Shown: in pieces, positions 1 through 11,494 of the stretch | Position numbering within the stretch: the first letter of the stretch is position 1 | How the letters are laid out: the number at the start of each line of letters is the position of its first letter | Assembly: GCA_002269645.1 (NCBI GenBank) | Contig: NIVC01004803.1 | Span: forward strand, 1 to 34,755 | Reading direction: 5' to 3' | Origin: Macrostomum lignano | Lineage: Eukaryota | DNA length: 34,755 bases | Translations under genes and position numbers: made by a program | The notes under the pieces: generated by a model | The model's input: the letters and a program-made list of their open reading frames with translations, nothing else | The model's database searches: none | Told to the model about the DNA's origin: nothing

Positions 1-913
1 TATGTTCTGTTACACATGCACTCCAGTTGGATTTGTTAATATTTCATTTTACTAACGTTCTACGGATACTGCGCATAAGCGCCAAGAAGTTGATTGATTG
101 GAGCAGCAAATCTGCTCTAAGATAGACAGAATAAGACAAATGAGAGTGGACTCTACCCTCTGCGTGGGGTGCAGAGCAGGCAGCAAGGTGCCAGAAAGCT
201 GCGAGTTTGAAAAATCGTTGTTGGAGGATTCAAAGAGATATCCGGGATGGTTGTGGAAAAAGTAGAAGAAATGTTGATTATAACTATTTGCGCTATCGAT
301 AAAATTCTATACAAGTACATCCTGGATGCGTGAAAATATGCTGATATTCGCGCATAGAATCAACAGTTAATATCACCGATATTACTTAACAAATAGTGGC
401 TAGATCATTTATGTAGTCTTACAACACCCAGTTCGTACAATCGACGAGAATAAAAGTACATTCTCAGCTCGTACCTGAAACACTGCGCCAAAAAACAAGA
501 AAAACTCGCAACGATGCTGCTACATTCCGATCATTGCTAAATGCCAGGCTCCTAAAGCGCAGTAAAGTGCCACCATGCTGCCTACTGGCAATATGGGTGG
601 CGGCACCATATTCTAAAATTATGTGCAATTGTGCCTCCGTCTGACAGTCGTGCTATTGTGAAATTTCTTTGCTCTGGCTGGGATTATTTACGGCATTGAA
701 ACTTATAACGGATCCTGAATACTGGTCTGGCCATCGACTTGTTGTTTCTGTGGATCTGCGATTTCTGCAGCATAGCATGGAAAACTGAAGTAGACGGATG
801 CTTGCACACGATTTTCTCAGAAATTAGCGTTTGAAGTTCTCAGACTTTGGTTAAAGTGACTCGCAATATGTCTATGGCCAAGTGTGGCAGAATCAGTTCT
901 CCGGCCCGCGAAA

Positions 914-1027
914 CCCCCCAGTCCTTGGACTGAACAGCCGTACGCAGCCTTCAGATGCGCCGCGCAATAGCTGCGGCTGAGCTGTCGGTTGCACATCTGG
1001 CCTAATCGGGGCAGGTGTAGTTATATT
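914..1027 (+). mobile_element. 3' fragment (5'-truncated copy or shared LINE tail) of the SINE at 2598-2905
   Basis: cccccagtccttggactgaacagccgtacgcagccttcagatgcgcc...gcacatct...ggtgt is near-identical to 2781-2884 and is followed by an AT-rich tail. Upstream sequence does not match the SINE head. Confidence 0.8.
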
Positions 1028-1925
1028 AATTTTTGTGATTATAAAAATATACTGAAGGAATATTCCTATCGAGAATGATGACAAAACTGGAGCCATAGTT
1101 ATGGTTATGTATTTAGAGTTCAGTCACTATTTTCCAATGCATCGCATACTGACTATTGAGCTGCAATAGTGAAATTGCCGTCTGTGACGCATTGACTGGA
1201 AGAAAAGAAACAAAGCAATCAGAGCAAAAGCTCCCCAGCTCATAGGCAATCTCCGGCCATTCATCCACGGCACGCTCCTAAGCAGCATTCATTGTATTTT
1301 ATTTTGGTAGCTAGCTCGGTGTGCGTTTATTTTTAACTTAAATAGCGGAGATTGTAGAATGAAAATCGCACCTGGGGCTTGCGAGCTCTCCAGTCTCTAT
1401 CCACAGTCACACGCCTGACCGCGCTAGCACAGGTAAAATAGGATTTGTGTTTTTCCACTTTTTAGAGGCCAATAATACTTTCCGGATCGGGAGCATCCTA
1501 CCAGGGCTCTGAAGCTTCCCTGCTGGGGCGAGCATGGGGGGAAAAGCTTTATTTTAATATTTTATCCAGAGAGAAAGAGGGGGGGATAGCCTGGTAATGC
1601 ATGCTGTTAGCCAGAAAAAACGCATTACAATCTCCAGCCAGGTCCTTCAGCGCGACATCAGCAATACGGAGATGCAATATTAGAGTCCCCCCCTCCCCGG
1701 ATGAAGCTAAAACTGCACGAGCTCAATACTCTGCCATAATGCTGGCAGTCTCTCTCCATCAAGCTGGCTTTTCCCGAATCAACAGGTTTTCGGAATTGCT
1801 ATGAATATGCGATGAGAATCCCGGATGCATTTGGATCGAAAGGTGTATTATAAAAAATATTTTTTGGCTTCTTGATTCTCGAGAAGTCAAAGATGTGAAT
1901 TTTTTGCAATTGTTGCTATATCAAC

Positions 1926-2277
1926 AGTATCTAATAGGAAATCTAGAGACTCAAATCCAAGTATCTAATAGGAAATCTAGAGACTCAAATCCAAGTATCT
2001 AATTGGAAATCTAGAGACTCAAATCCAAGTATCTAATTGGAAATCTAGAGACTCAAATCCAAGTATCTAATTGGAAATATAGAGACTCAAATCCACAGCA
2101 TCTAATAGGAAATCTAGAGACTTAAATCCACAGTATCGAATAGGAAATCTAGGACTCAAATCCACAGTATCGAATGAGAAATCTAGAGACTCAAATCTAC
2201 AGCATCTAATAGAAAATCTAGAGATTCAAATCTACAGCATCGAATAGGAAATCTAGAGACTCAAATCCACAGTATCT
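1926..2277. repeat. Minisatellite, 34-35-bp unit (agtatctaataggaaatctagagactcaaatcca[c]), ~10 copies
   Basis: Unit starts at 1926 and 1960 (period 34); later units carry an extra c. Confidence 0.95.
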
Positions 2278-2597
2278 TTGTCTTTGGATCCTAATTTCAG
2301 CGGGATTCTTCTTTTGAAAAAAACTAATTTAATAACTTTCTTCAAATAGCTCCTTATTTATTAAATATCGCAATCCTATATTATTTATTGATTCAGTATG
2401 CATTTAATCCGTAGAAAATCGCAAAACTGTCTCGCAGGAGCCAGGCAGTTCTCCCTAGAGACAGAAAAAGCGGCTCTGCGGCAAGATCTGCTTCTGGATC
2501 GAAGTCTAAGAGCGATCTCGACTGCAAACTCTTCACCAAAACGCTCATCGTGAGGACACCATGAGTTCCAGCGCGCCGCATTCTACTGTTTTTACAA

Positions 2598-2905
2598 GGG
2601 TGTTTTGGCCGAGTGGTCAGAGCGTCGGACTCACGACTTCAAGGTCGGGGGTTCGATTCTCGACCCACACGGAACAATTTGTGTTCTTGGGCAAGACACT
2701 TAACTCTGCATTTCTTCAGTTCACCCAGCTGTAAAATGGGTGCCAGCATTAGCTGGGGTAATTGAGGCTGTGTGTGGCGACCCCCCCAGTCCTTGGACTG
2801 AACAGCCGTACGCAGCCTTCAGATGCGCCGAGCAATAGCTGCGGCTGAGCTGTCGGTTGCACATCTGCCTATTGGGGTAGGTGTAATCCATTATTGTTAT
2901 TATTG
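2598..2905 (+). mobile_element. tRNA-derived SINE with CORE-like central domain
   Basis: Pol III A box TGGCCGAGTGG (~2606-2616) and B box GGTTCGATTC (~2650-2659). Then tgtgttcttgggcaagacacttaactctg...ctgtaaaatggg (2680-2740) resembles the MIR/CORE consensus (tgtgaccttgggcaagtcacttaacctctctg...ctgtaaaatggg). A 3' stem-loop and a (tat/tta)n tail follow. The tail is repeated at 914-1027. Confidence 0.8.
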
Positions 2906-3632
2906 CTTATCGTACAAGCAAGTTCTGATCAAAACCAACATATGGTTTGCCAGTTGGAATCTACTCATAGATGTATTTCTAAATCGTAAAAAATGGTCCC
3001 AGATTCTCGTTCAAGTTCTCCTTGGACCGGCACAGGGGCAAAACTATAAAAACGAATTCAGCGGTGTCCCAGCCGCTTTCTCATTGGCGATTTTGAGGAT
3101 CTGATTAGGGGATCCCGCCGCCGTATCAATTCGCCATCGTGTCTTCAGCCTCCGAGTTTTCTCAGCCTCAGCAGCTAATGCGACTCGGGTGCATCAATTT
3201 CTCACATTAACCCCGCCTACAACCCATTACTAAGAATTTTCTTGAGTCTGCTCGGTCGTGTTTCTTGCCATAGTCGATTGAACGTGACAGAGTGCTCCAA
3301 TCCCGCTGCATCCCATTAATTTCCCAGCTTCTATAATACTCGTTTCTCTCCCTAACTATATCAAGCAATACTTATAACATTTACTAATCGAATATTAATG
3401 CTCATAATCATCGCAAAATACTTCCGAGGTTGCAATTCGAGTCGGGTTTCTGCTCGCTTGTATTCGCCGATCTTTGCTGTGTTTCGTCGTGTTCTTTTTT
3501 TCTGCTTTTAACAATCCTTCGAGTGGTCTTTTGTGTTTGGGTTGGCGACGACCATGCAGCCGTAAGCTGAGCCCTGGGCGGTCAAACAAGGCCCACCGCG
3601 CGCTGAACTGAAGCGAAGACACTCCCTCCAGC

Positions 3633-3682
3633 CTAACGAGAAAAGCAAAAGCAAAAGAGCGAAAGAGAAAGAGAAGAAATTT
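3633..3682 (-). other. Strong minus-strand splice (or trans-splice) acceptor: long polypyrimidine tract ending in TAG
   Basis: Minus strand reads tttcttctctttctctttcgctcttttgcttttgcttttctcgttag|gctgg. No recognisable protein follows in the window. Confidence 0.35.
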
Positions 3683-4395
3683 CAGCTCTTGTTGATTTTA
3701 GACTCGGCTTGGCTGCAGACTGCTTCAGGCTTGATTGACCGCCGCTTCCATCTCCTCCTCCCCTTGATGGGGATTCTGGGGGATCAGGGAGGACCCGTCA
3801 GGCTTCCCGTGTGTGTGTTTGTGCGTGTACAGCATGCGCGGCCTCCACCAGACTGCATGGCTGCTGCTGCTGATGGAGTGCTTCAGCAGGGCTGCTCCGG
3901 TGTATATAAGCTTCTCAGATTTCAAACCGCTTACCCTCCTCTCGCCGTCTGCACTCCCCAGGGACCTCCAACTGCATGCCAGCATTCAAGCTATATTTGA
4001 GGGCCAATGGATTCAGTTCTGTTTTATATAAATGTGGCGGCTTAAAATCTCTTTGTGCCTTTACATTTCCCGGAAATACAATAAAATTCGTCCTGGTAAA
4101 TACAACCTCTTGCATTTTTATTCTCTCAACTTTTTCTGGCCAGGGACCCTTATATTTGCCGGAACCTTTATCAATACATAGCAGCCGTCTGTTTGGTCTG
4201 AATAGTGATTTTGCTGTTGCCAATATTGCATTCATCACCGATGGCATTTTCATGGCGACTAGGTCCTAGCACCTGGAATTGATGAACAAAAATACTAGGG
4301 TAGTTTTTAGTTGGTCTAAATCTACACAGATTTGTCTGATCTGAACACTATGAATACTTCAATCTGAAAAGTGAAACAGCAATCCATGGAGCCTG

Positions 4396-5088
4396 CCATG
4401 GAGTTCGAACAGATCCTAGAGTCTGGCAAGGGAGACCGATTGATCAAACCATGGAGTTCTAACAGATCCTAGAGTCTGGCAAGGGAGACCGATTGATCAA
4501 ACCATGGAGTTCTAACAGATCCTAGAGTCTGGCAAGGGAGACCGATTGATCAAACCATGGAGTTCTAACAGATCCTAGAGTCTGGCAAGGGAGACCGATT
4601 GATCAAACCATGGAGTTCTAACAGATCCTAGAGTCTGGCAAGGGAGACCGATTGATCAAACCGTGGAGTTCTAACAGATCCTAGAGTCTGGCAGGGAGAT
4701 CGATTGATCAAACCATGGAGTTCTAACAGATCCTAGAGTCTGGCAAGGGAGACCGATTGATCAAACCATGGAGTTCTAACAGATCCTAGAGTCTGGCAAG
4801 GGAGACCGATTGATCAAACCATGGAGTTCTAACAGATCCTAGAGTCTGGCAAGGGAGACCGATTGATCAAACCATGGAGTTCTAACAGATCCTAGAGTCT
4901 GGCAAGGGAGACCGATTGATCAAACCATGGAGTTCTAACAGATCCTAGAGTCTGGCAGGGAGACCGATTGATCAAACCATGGAGTTCTAACAGATCCTAG
5001 AGTCTGGCAGGGAGATCGATTGATCAAACCATGGAGTTCTAACAGATCCTAGAGTCTGGCAGGGAGATCGATTGATCAAACCATGGAG
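4396..5088. repeat. Minisatellite, 53-bp unit (ccatggagttctaacagatcctagagtctggcaagggagaccgattgatcaaa), ~13 highly homogeneous copies
   Basis: Unit starts at 4396 and 4449; a few 52-bp variants lack one a. Confidence 0.97.
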
Positions 5089-5554
5089 CACTAAATTCCA
5101 GTAGCTCTAGAGGGTCCTTGGACTTGAAAGCTTTTCTTCGATGCTTTAACCCCTGTTGATATTTTCTATACCGGATCAGAATTGCAGTTTTTAGTCTTCG
5201 CTAAAGCCATTTGGGTCTCCCATCCGCGTCCTTTCTCGCTCCGTTCCTTCGTTTCTCTACGCTTGACTGGTCCGGATAGCAAAGTCGCCTCCGGGCTGCA
5301 TGCTTTCTTATCAGTGTTCGAGCAGCTACCGCCTCGATGGGGGATTCGGACCGAGGGAAATTGGGGCTCCCGCCGCACAATGAAGCGAGGACCCAGGGAG
5401 GGACACTGCGCTAAAAATATGCTTTTAGTCGGGTTTGGTGGCCACGCTATTTTGTGAGGCTTCTACACTTAGTTCTTGGTAATAGAAACAGATAATCAAG
5501 TTACTGCAGGTTAAGCAATATTGGCAGTGGTTAGTACAGTTGCAGCTAAAGAGT

Positions 5555-6058
5555 TACAGAGGGGATGCCAGCTACAGAGGGGATGCCAGCTACAGAGGGG
5601 ATGCCAGCTACAGAGGGGATGGCAGCTACAGAGGGGATGGCAGCTACAGAGGGGATGGCAGCTACAGAGGGGATTCCAGCAACAGAAGGGATGCCAGCTA
5701 CATAGGAGATGCCAGCTACAGAGGAGATGCCAGCTACAGAGGAGATGCCAGCTACAGAGGAGATGCCAGCTACAGAGGAGATGCCAGCTACAGAGGAGAT
5801 GCCAGCTACAGAGAGGATACCAGCTACAGAAGGGATGCCAGCTACAGAGGAGATGCCAGCTACAGAGGAGATGCCAGCTACAGAGGAGATGCCAGCTACA
5901 GAGGAGATGCCAGCTACAGAGGGGATGCCAGCTACAGAGGGGATGCCAGCTACAGAAGGGATGCCAGCTACAGAGGAGATGCCAGCTACAGAGGAGATGC
6001 CAGCTACAGAGGAGATGCCAGCTACGGAGGGGATGCCAGCTACAGAAGGGATGCCAGC
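5555..6058. repeat. Minisatellite, 18-bp unit (gatgccagctacagagga/g), ~28 copies
   Basis: Direct reading. The period is a multiple of 3, which produces the repetitive ORFs 5521-6167 in several frames. Confidence 0.97.
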
Positions 6059-8814
6059 CACTATTCTAGATTCTATATCTGTTTTTTCCATAATTAAAAA
6101 TAGACTTTTTTACGCTCGTACTACTCCAGATGTTGCTTTCTGGAGCCCCAGCCTCCAGCTGCACTAATGCCTTCACCGAGGAAGTTTTCTAGGTTGGAAC
6201 AGTCTAAAAAATAAAATTGATGCACTTAGAAGCCTGGAAGCAGAATTCGGGGTGTGGAAGAAGAAAGAGAGAAAAAGCGAGTGAAAGTGCAGGTGCAGGC
6301 CCGGTGGCACAGATATTTGGCTCGGAGATTTGCTTCTGTTTAGCCTTTAGGCTGGCCAATTCGTGTTTAATAGCGCCTGCAGCCTTAGGATCTTTTGAAC
6401 GCTCTACCAGCCTAGCAGCTTGTCTTCTGCATTTGTCTGCTTCTGACGGGTCCCGACCATTAAGTCTCTGCTTCGCTTTTGAAGCTTACTAATCCCGCAC
6501 CATGGTCGCTTTGCTCTACATCAATAAAAGTCTGTCGCGGGAGTAAAGCCAACAGGATGTTGAAACTAAATTATTTACAAGCCTAGTGGTTTACACGAGA
6601 CAGCCTTGTGGCTTGCTTAGAACTGCAGTGGTCAGTCTCAGAGGTTTAAGCTTCGTCTTTTTTTAAATAAAATGAAACGCAAAAAGGCCAGCGCACAATT
6701 CGAAGAGAGAAGAAAGTCGTAGGAAAGTTTATGAATTTATGACGTCCGTCTTCAGATATTTTACGCACCTTGGCTGCATGGATCCCAAACTAACTGGCCT
6801 ATAAGAATTTCCAAGAAATCATGGATTTTCTAAGAAATGATCTGGATGTCGGTGGACACCAGCTTGGTGCAGGGTGGTGGCACTTTTTCTCTCTTTTTCC
6901 CTTCCTTACGGTCGCTGTTAGCCTTTGTCACCAGAATTTAGTCTATGGTAGAAAGTCCCCCCCTTCCGGTTTTTCTCTTCGCCTCGAGTTTCTGATGGTT
7001 AAGCGATATTAAACCACTTTAAAGCTCACTTTCAAGGAGGTTATTGACATAGATTTTTGTTTACGGGATTTTATCGATCACTTTCCCGGACATATTGCAA
7101 GGATTATTGTTACTATGGTTTACCTTTACTAACAACGCTTCAGTCAAAGATTGATTGTTTAACGATGATTGAAAATTTTGCCATAGACAATTTATTTTAT
7201 ATGTACTTCGTATTGTACTAAACGTTCAATGCATGAAAAACATTAGGAATAGAGTGTCGATGTCGTTGTCGATGTCTATGGCCAAAACCTGCGCAGTCTA
7301 GGACGTTTCTGATTCGCTGAGACATCGTTAAACAAAACTTCAGCGTTAAACAATGCTTCTAGTCGAGTATGCTAAACGATAGTGACAATAAGTCTATACC
7401 TACGCCACTCGTGATTTTGCTTATTGTTTACCTCTAGTACCATATGTATAATCTCCCATTGTATGCATCTAAATAAGCGAGCTTCTCTCTTCTCTTCCTT
7501 CGTGACTTGAGAAATTTCTTAATGAAATTTTATCTATGGTAAGAATCCCCAACACGCCCAGCAGGGGCTTCGCCCCCACACCCCCATTCCCAACTTCAAC
7601 CATAGACATTACAAGTATGGCTCCGGGATTTATCTGAATACATCCCGCAAAATTAAAGTAGTTTAGGCTAAAGTAGCCGAAGGCTCTCGGGATTTAAGTG
7701 AAATACCGACCGAAAAACCCATAGAATATCTTATACTTAATACGACGTTCGTTATGGCAGTTTTCCTTGGGATTAATAATTTTTGATCGGTTTAAAAGAG
7801 ACCGACATGTACTTTGACTTTAAAACTGTACTAGAAATCCTGTTTACGATTGTCCGCAATCCCGGGGCTTTCCAGTCCAGTTATGTCAGTGGTCCATGAT
7901 CGTGCCAGTTTTGAGTGAATTTTCACAGCGGCGGGTGCGAAATTTTATTCCCTGAGATTTGACTCGTTTTATACAGGAGAGAGCTGTAAAAAGATTTATA
8001 TTTTATGCTCGCATCCGGGCCGTATATTCTACGCGCTACACTAATGAGTTGCAAGGACCCCTAAACCCCAGGACTGGGTAAAGGCTTGACAACCATCAAC
8101 CATTTATAATTAGGCATGGATTTCTTACTTTCTGATCTTTGTAATTTTATAACGAGACTTATTTATTATTATTACTGACCTCAATCAACTTCACTAAAAT
8201 ATTTGGCTTCCAGTCCAGCGGCTCAGTGGTCCATGAAGCTACGCTAGAAATGTAACAGTTGCGTGACAGCAACACAGATTCTCTCCTTTTTTATCCCTTC
8301 TCTATGTCTCACAATTTAGGATTTTAGGGATGCGGGTAGGCACTGATAGCCTCAGGTGGAATTTATTTAAGTCTTTCATTCGCAATTTGTCGCCTTGGGG
8401 TCCACGGGTGAGTGAAAATAATTATTTGCCCGGCTTGCTTTCGGGATGAAAGCTGTGAAGGAAAAGTGACAGCTACAGTAAATGTCTTGTCCGCAGACTC
8501 GGCCAGCATGTTTCACGCGGCCCTTGTCGGGACACGCCTTTCTAGGAAATCGTCGAGTTGTCGGAATTTTCTTTTTTGTTTTACTGCTGCTCTTTGACAG
8601 ATAAATTGGTACTGGATTGTCGGTCGTAAACTGGAGTCATGATGCTTCACTGTTGGCGAGGTTATGCATGTAGTTGGTTGGGAAAAACTTGGATCGCGGA
8701 AGACACGCGAGCGAAATTACGAGTTTTATGAAAAGGAGGAATGAAGAGATGAATTGTAAAGTGGAAAGTGTGCTGGGTCATGGAATCGAGTTCGGATGTA
8801 GTGGACGAGTAGAC

Positions 8815-10152
8815 GGTGGGAGAGGGGGGTAGGAGAGAGAAGAGAGGGTGAGAAAAGAGAGGGGGGAGAAGAGAGTAGGGGAGAGAAGAGAGGGGGGGGA
8901 AGAGAGTAGGGGAGAGAAGAGAGGGGGAGAGAAGAGAGTAGGGGAGAGAAGAGAGGGGGAGAGAAGAGAGTAGGGGAGAGAGGAGATGGGGAGAGAAGAG
9001 AGTAGGGGAGAGAAGAGAGTAGGGGAGAGAAGAGAGTAGGGGAGAGAAGAGAGGGGGAGAGAAGAGAGTAGGGGAGAGAAGAGAGGGGGAGAGAAGAGAG
9101 TAGACTAGAGAAGAGAGTAGACTAGAGAAGAGAGTAGACTAGAGAAGAGAGTAGACTAGAGAAGAGAGTAGACTAGAGAAGAGGGTAGGGGAGAGAAGAG
9201 GGTAGGGGAGAGAAGAGAGTTGGGCAGAAGAAAGGGGGAGAGAAGAGAGTAGGGGAGAGAAGAGAGGGGGAGAGAGGAGAGTAGAGGAGAGAAGAGAGTA
9301 GGGGAGAAGAGCGGGGGAGAGAAGAGAGGGGGGAGAAGAGAGTAGGGGAGAGAAGAGAGGGGAGAGAAGAGAGTAGGGGAGAGAAGAGAGTAGGGGAGAG
9401 AAGAGAGTAGGGGAGAGAAGAGAGGGGGAGAGAAGAGAGTAGACTAGAGAAGAGAGTAGACTAGAGAAGAGAGTAGACTAGAGAAGAGAGTAGACTAGAG
9501 AAGAGAGTAGACTAGAGAAGAGGGTAGACTAGAGAAGAGAGTAGACTAGAGAAGAGAGTAGACTAGAGAAGAGAGTAGACTAGAGAAGAGGGTAGGGGAG
9601 AGAAGAGGGTAGGGGAGAGAAGAGAGTTGGGCAGAAGAAAGGGGGAGAGAAGAGAGTAGGGGAGAGAAGAGAGGGGGAGAGAGGAGAGTAGAGGAGAGAA
9701 GAGAGTAGGGGAGAAGAGCGGGGGAGAGAAGAGAGGGGGAGAAGAGAGTAGGGGAGAGAAGAGAGGGGAGAGAAGAGAGTAGGGGAGAGAAGAGAGTAGG
9801 GGAGAGAAGAGAGTAGGGGAGAGAAGAGAGGGGGAGAGAAGAGAGTAGACTAGAGAAGAGAGTAGACTAGAGAAGAGAGTAGACTAGAGAAGAGAGTAGA
9901 CTAGAGAAGAGAGTAGACTAGAGAAGAGAGTAGACTAGAGAAGAGGGTAGGGGAGAGAAGAGGGTAGGGGAGAGAAGAGGGTAGGGGAGAGAAGAGAGTT
10001 GGGCAGAAGAAAGGGGGAGAGAAGAGAGTTGGGCAGAAGAAAGGGGGAGAAGAGAGTTGGGCAGAAGAAAGGGGGAGAGAAGAGAGTAGGGCAGAAGAAA
10101 TGGGGAGAGAAGACAGTTGGGCAGAAGAAAGGGGGAGAGAAGAGAGTTGGGC
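8815..10152. repeat. Complex polypurine satellite (agagaagagagtagggg / agagaagagagtagact / tgggcagaagaaagggg units) with an internal ~407-bp block duplication
   Basis: Almost purely A/G on +; the distinctive tgggcagaagaaaggggg...agaagagcggggg block recurs at ~9221 and ~9628. Confidence 0.95.
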
Positions 10153-10581
10153 AGCAATGTCCCTGACCGAGATCGGTGACGCGGCCAGCTTGCAAGCCAA
10201 TTAGCTCAATGAGCTCCGGCCTCCAGCCTCAGCAGTTGGGCCCCCAAAATTGTATCTTTTAAGCTCGACCGCCTCGAATCTTCTGCCCATCCAGAGCTGA
10301 GCCCCTCCAGGGCGGCACTGTGGCTCAGTGGACCGTAAACACACCCCCAAAGCCTTCGATCCATAAATAAGAGAGTTTTATGCGAGCCGAAACCTTTCAA
10401 GTCTGGATTTAATTTCTTCTCATCGTCAAAAAACTGTTTCTAGCGAGTATAGCGGCTCATTTATGCGTTAAGTTTTTTGAGTGCGTCCCGGATCCCGTAC
10501 TTAAGACAGGATCAGAGCTGAATTGACCGGTATAAGGAGAGTGGAGTCACGAAGTTGAAGGGCAGCCGACTGAACTGTGCC

Positions 10582-10836
10582 AGACAGGATAACAGGGGAT
10601 AACAGGGTGAGACAGGGGATGACAGAGTGAGACAAGGGATAACAGAGTGAGACAGGGGATAACAGGGTGAGACAGGGGATGACAGAGTGAGACAAGGGAT
10701 AACAGAGTGAGACAGGGGATAACAGGGTGAGACAGGGGATAACAGAGTGAGACAGGGGATAACAGGGTGAGACAGGGGATAACATGGTTGAGACAGGGGA
10801 TAACAGGGTTGAGACAGGGGATAACAGGGTTGAGAC
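10582..10836. repeat. Minisatellite, 20-21-bp unit (gagacaggggataacagggt), ~12 copies
   Basis: Direct reading. Confidence 0.95.
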
Positions 10837-11182
10837 CATTCAGCCAATTTCGGACACCTGGCCTAGACAGGTACAGTTGGGACTCGCTAAAAATCGATAA
10901 AAATTGAGTAGCTGGGGTTTGGCGCAGCTTTATGAGAGTTCAGCAGCCCCAGATGCGATGGAAGATTTGCGAACACATGGCTTGCGTCTTGTCTTCATCA
11001 GCTTGGCCCCAGCTTCCCCCCCCTAGCTTCGAGCTCTCGCAGTGTCTCTCGCCACTCGATCCTGACTCATCGACCACTCTGTAGAGACATAGATCTTCCA
11101 AAAACCCGCTGCCAAGTCGCGATTCCTTCATTAATTATTGAACCGATGGCCTCAATGATGGGCTACTCAGGCAGAGAAATAG

Positions 11183-11186
<4 letters not shown>

Positions 11187-11252
<66 letters not shown>
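11187..11252. repeat. (GA)n microsatellite, ~33 units
   Basis: Direct reading. Confidence 0.98.
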
Positions 11253-11254
<2 letters not shown>

Positions 11255-11494
11255 CTCCCTGAGCTCATCTGACTTCTGGACACCAAGCTCAGGGCTTCCA
11301 TCATCAGGGAATCGTTGAGATTCTCAGTCCCATAGCTATTGTCTGTATCCAAGAGACATCGGTTGGCATAAGCCTGCGTATTCTGGGGCTTCCAGGCTGG
11401 CATCCCAGCTGGCCAATCCCGGAGCTTGGCCTTGTCTCTATATTTATTGCCAACCCCCATCTCCGCTGGGATTTGATCCCCTCACTGGCTTTAT

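Noticed and set aside
2598-2670. Possible tRNA gene
   Set aside because: A and B boxes are present, but there is no clean acceptor stem or poly-T terminator, and it runs directly into a CORE-like body and LINE-like tail, so it is a SINE head.
3689-4269. Cluster of overlapping 70-112-aa ORFs on both strands
   Set aside because: No domain similarity or consistent codon style; looks like promoter/UTR-type sequence.
4396-5088. CRISPR-like appearance of regular repeats (also at 14.1 kb and 1.9 kb)
   Set aside because: Units are contiguous with no unique spacers, there are no cas genes, and the context is eukaryotic.
5521-6167. Long repetitive ORFs (CQLQRR, SYRGDA with RGD motifs, MPATEE, SVAGIP) in four frames
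   Set aside because: By-products of an 18-bp tandem repeat with no stop in several frames; no unique coding flanks or splice context.
7867-8236. ~30-bp imperfect direct repeat (ttccagtccag...tcagtggtccatga) about 340 bp apart
   Set aside because: Too short and diverged to define LTRs or element ends; no TSD, PBS or PPT seen.
10311-10365. TGGCTCAGTGG A-box-like motif with a weak CTTCGATCC B-box-like motif
   Set aside because: The B box is degenerate and no SINE body or second copy follows; insufficient support.
10582-10836. Repeat unit resembles the I-SceI site (GGGATAACAGGGT shared with TAGGGATAACAGGGTAAT)
   Set aside because: Only about 14 of 18 positions match, the unit is a natural drifting minisatellite, and there is no vector or homing-endonuclease context; treated as coincidence.
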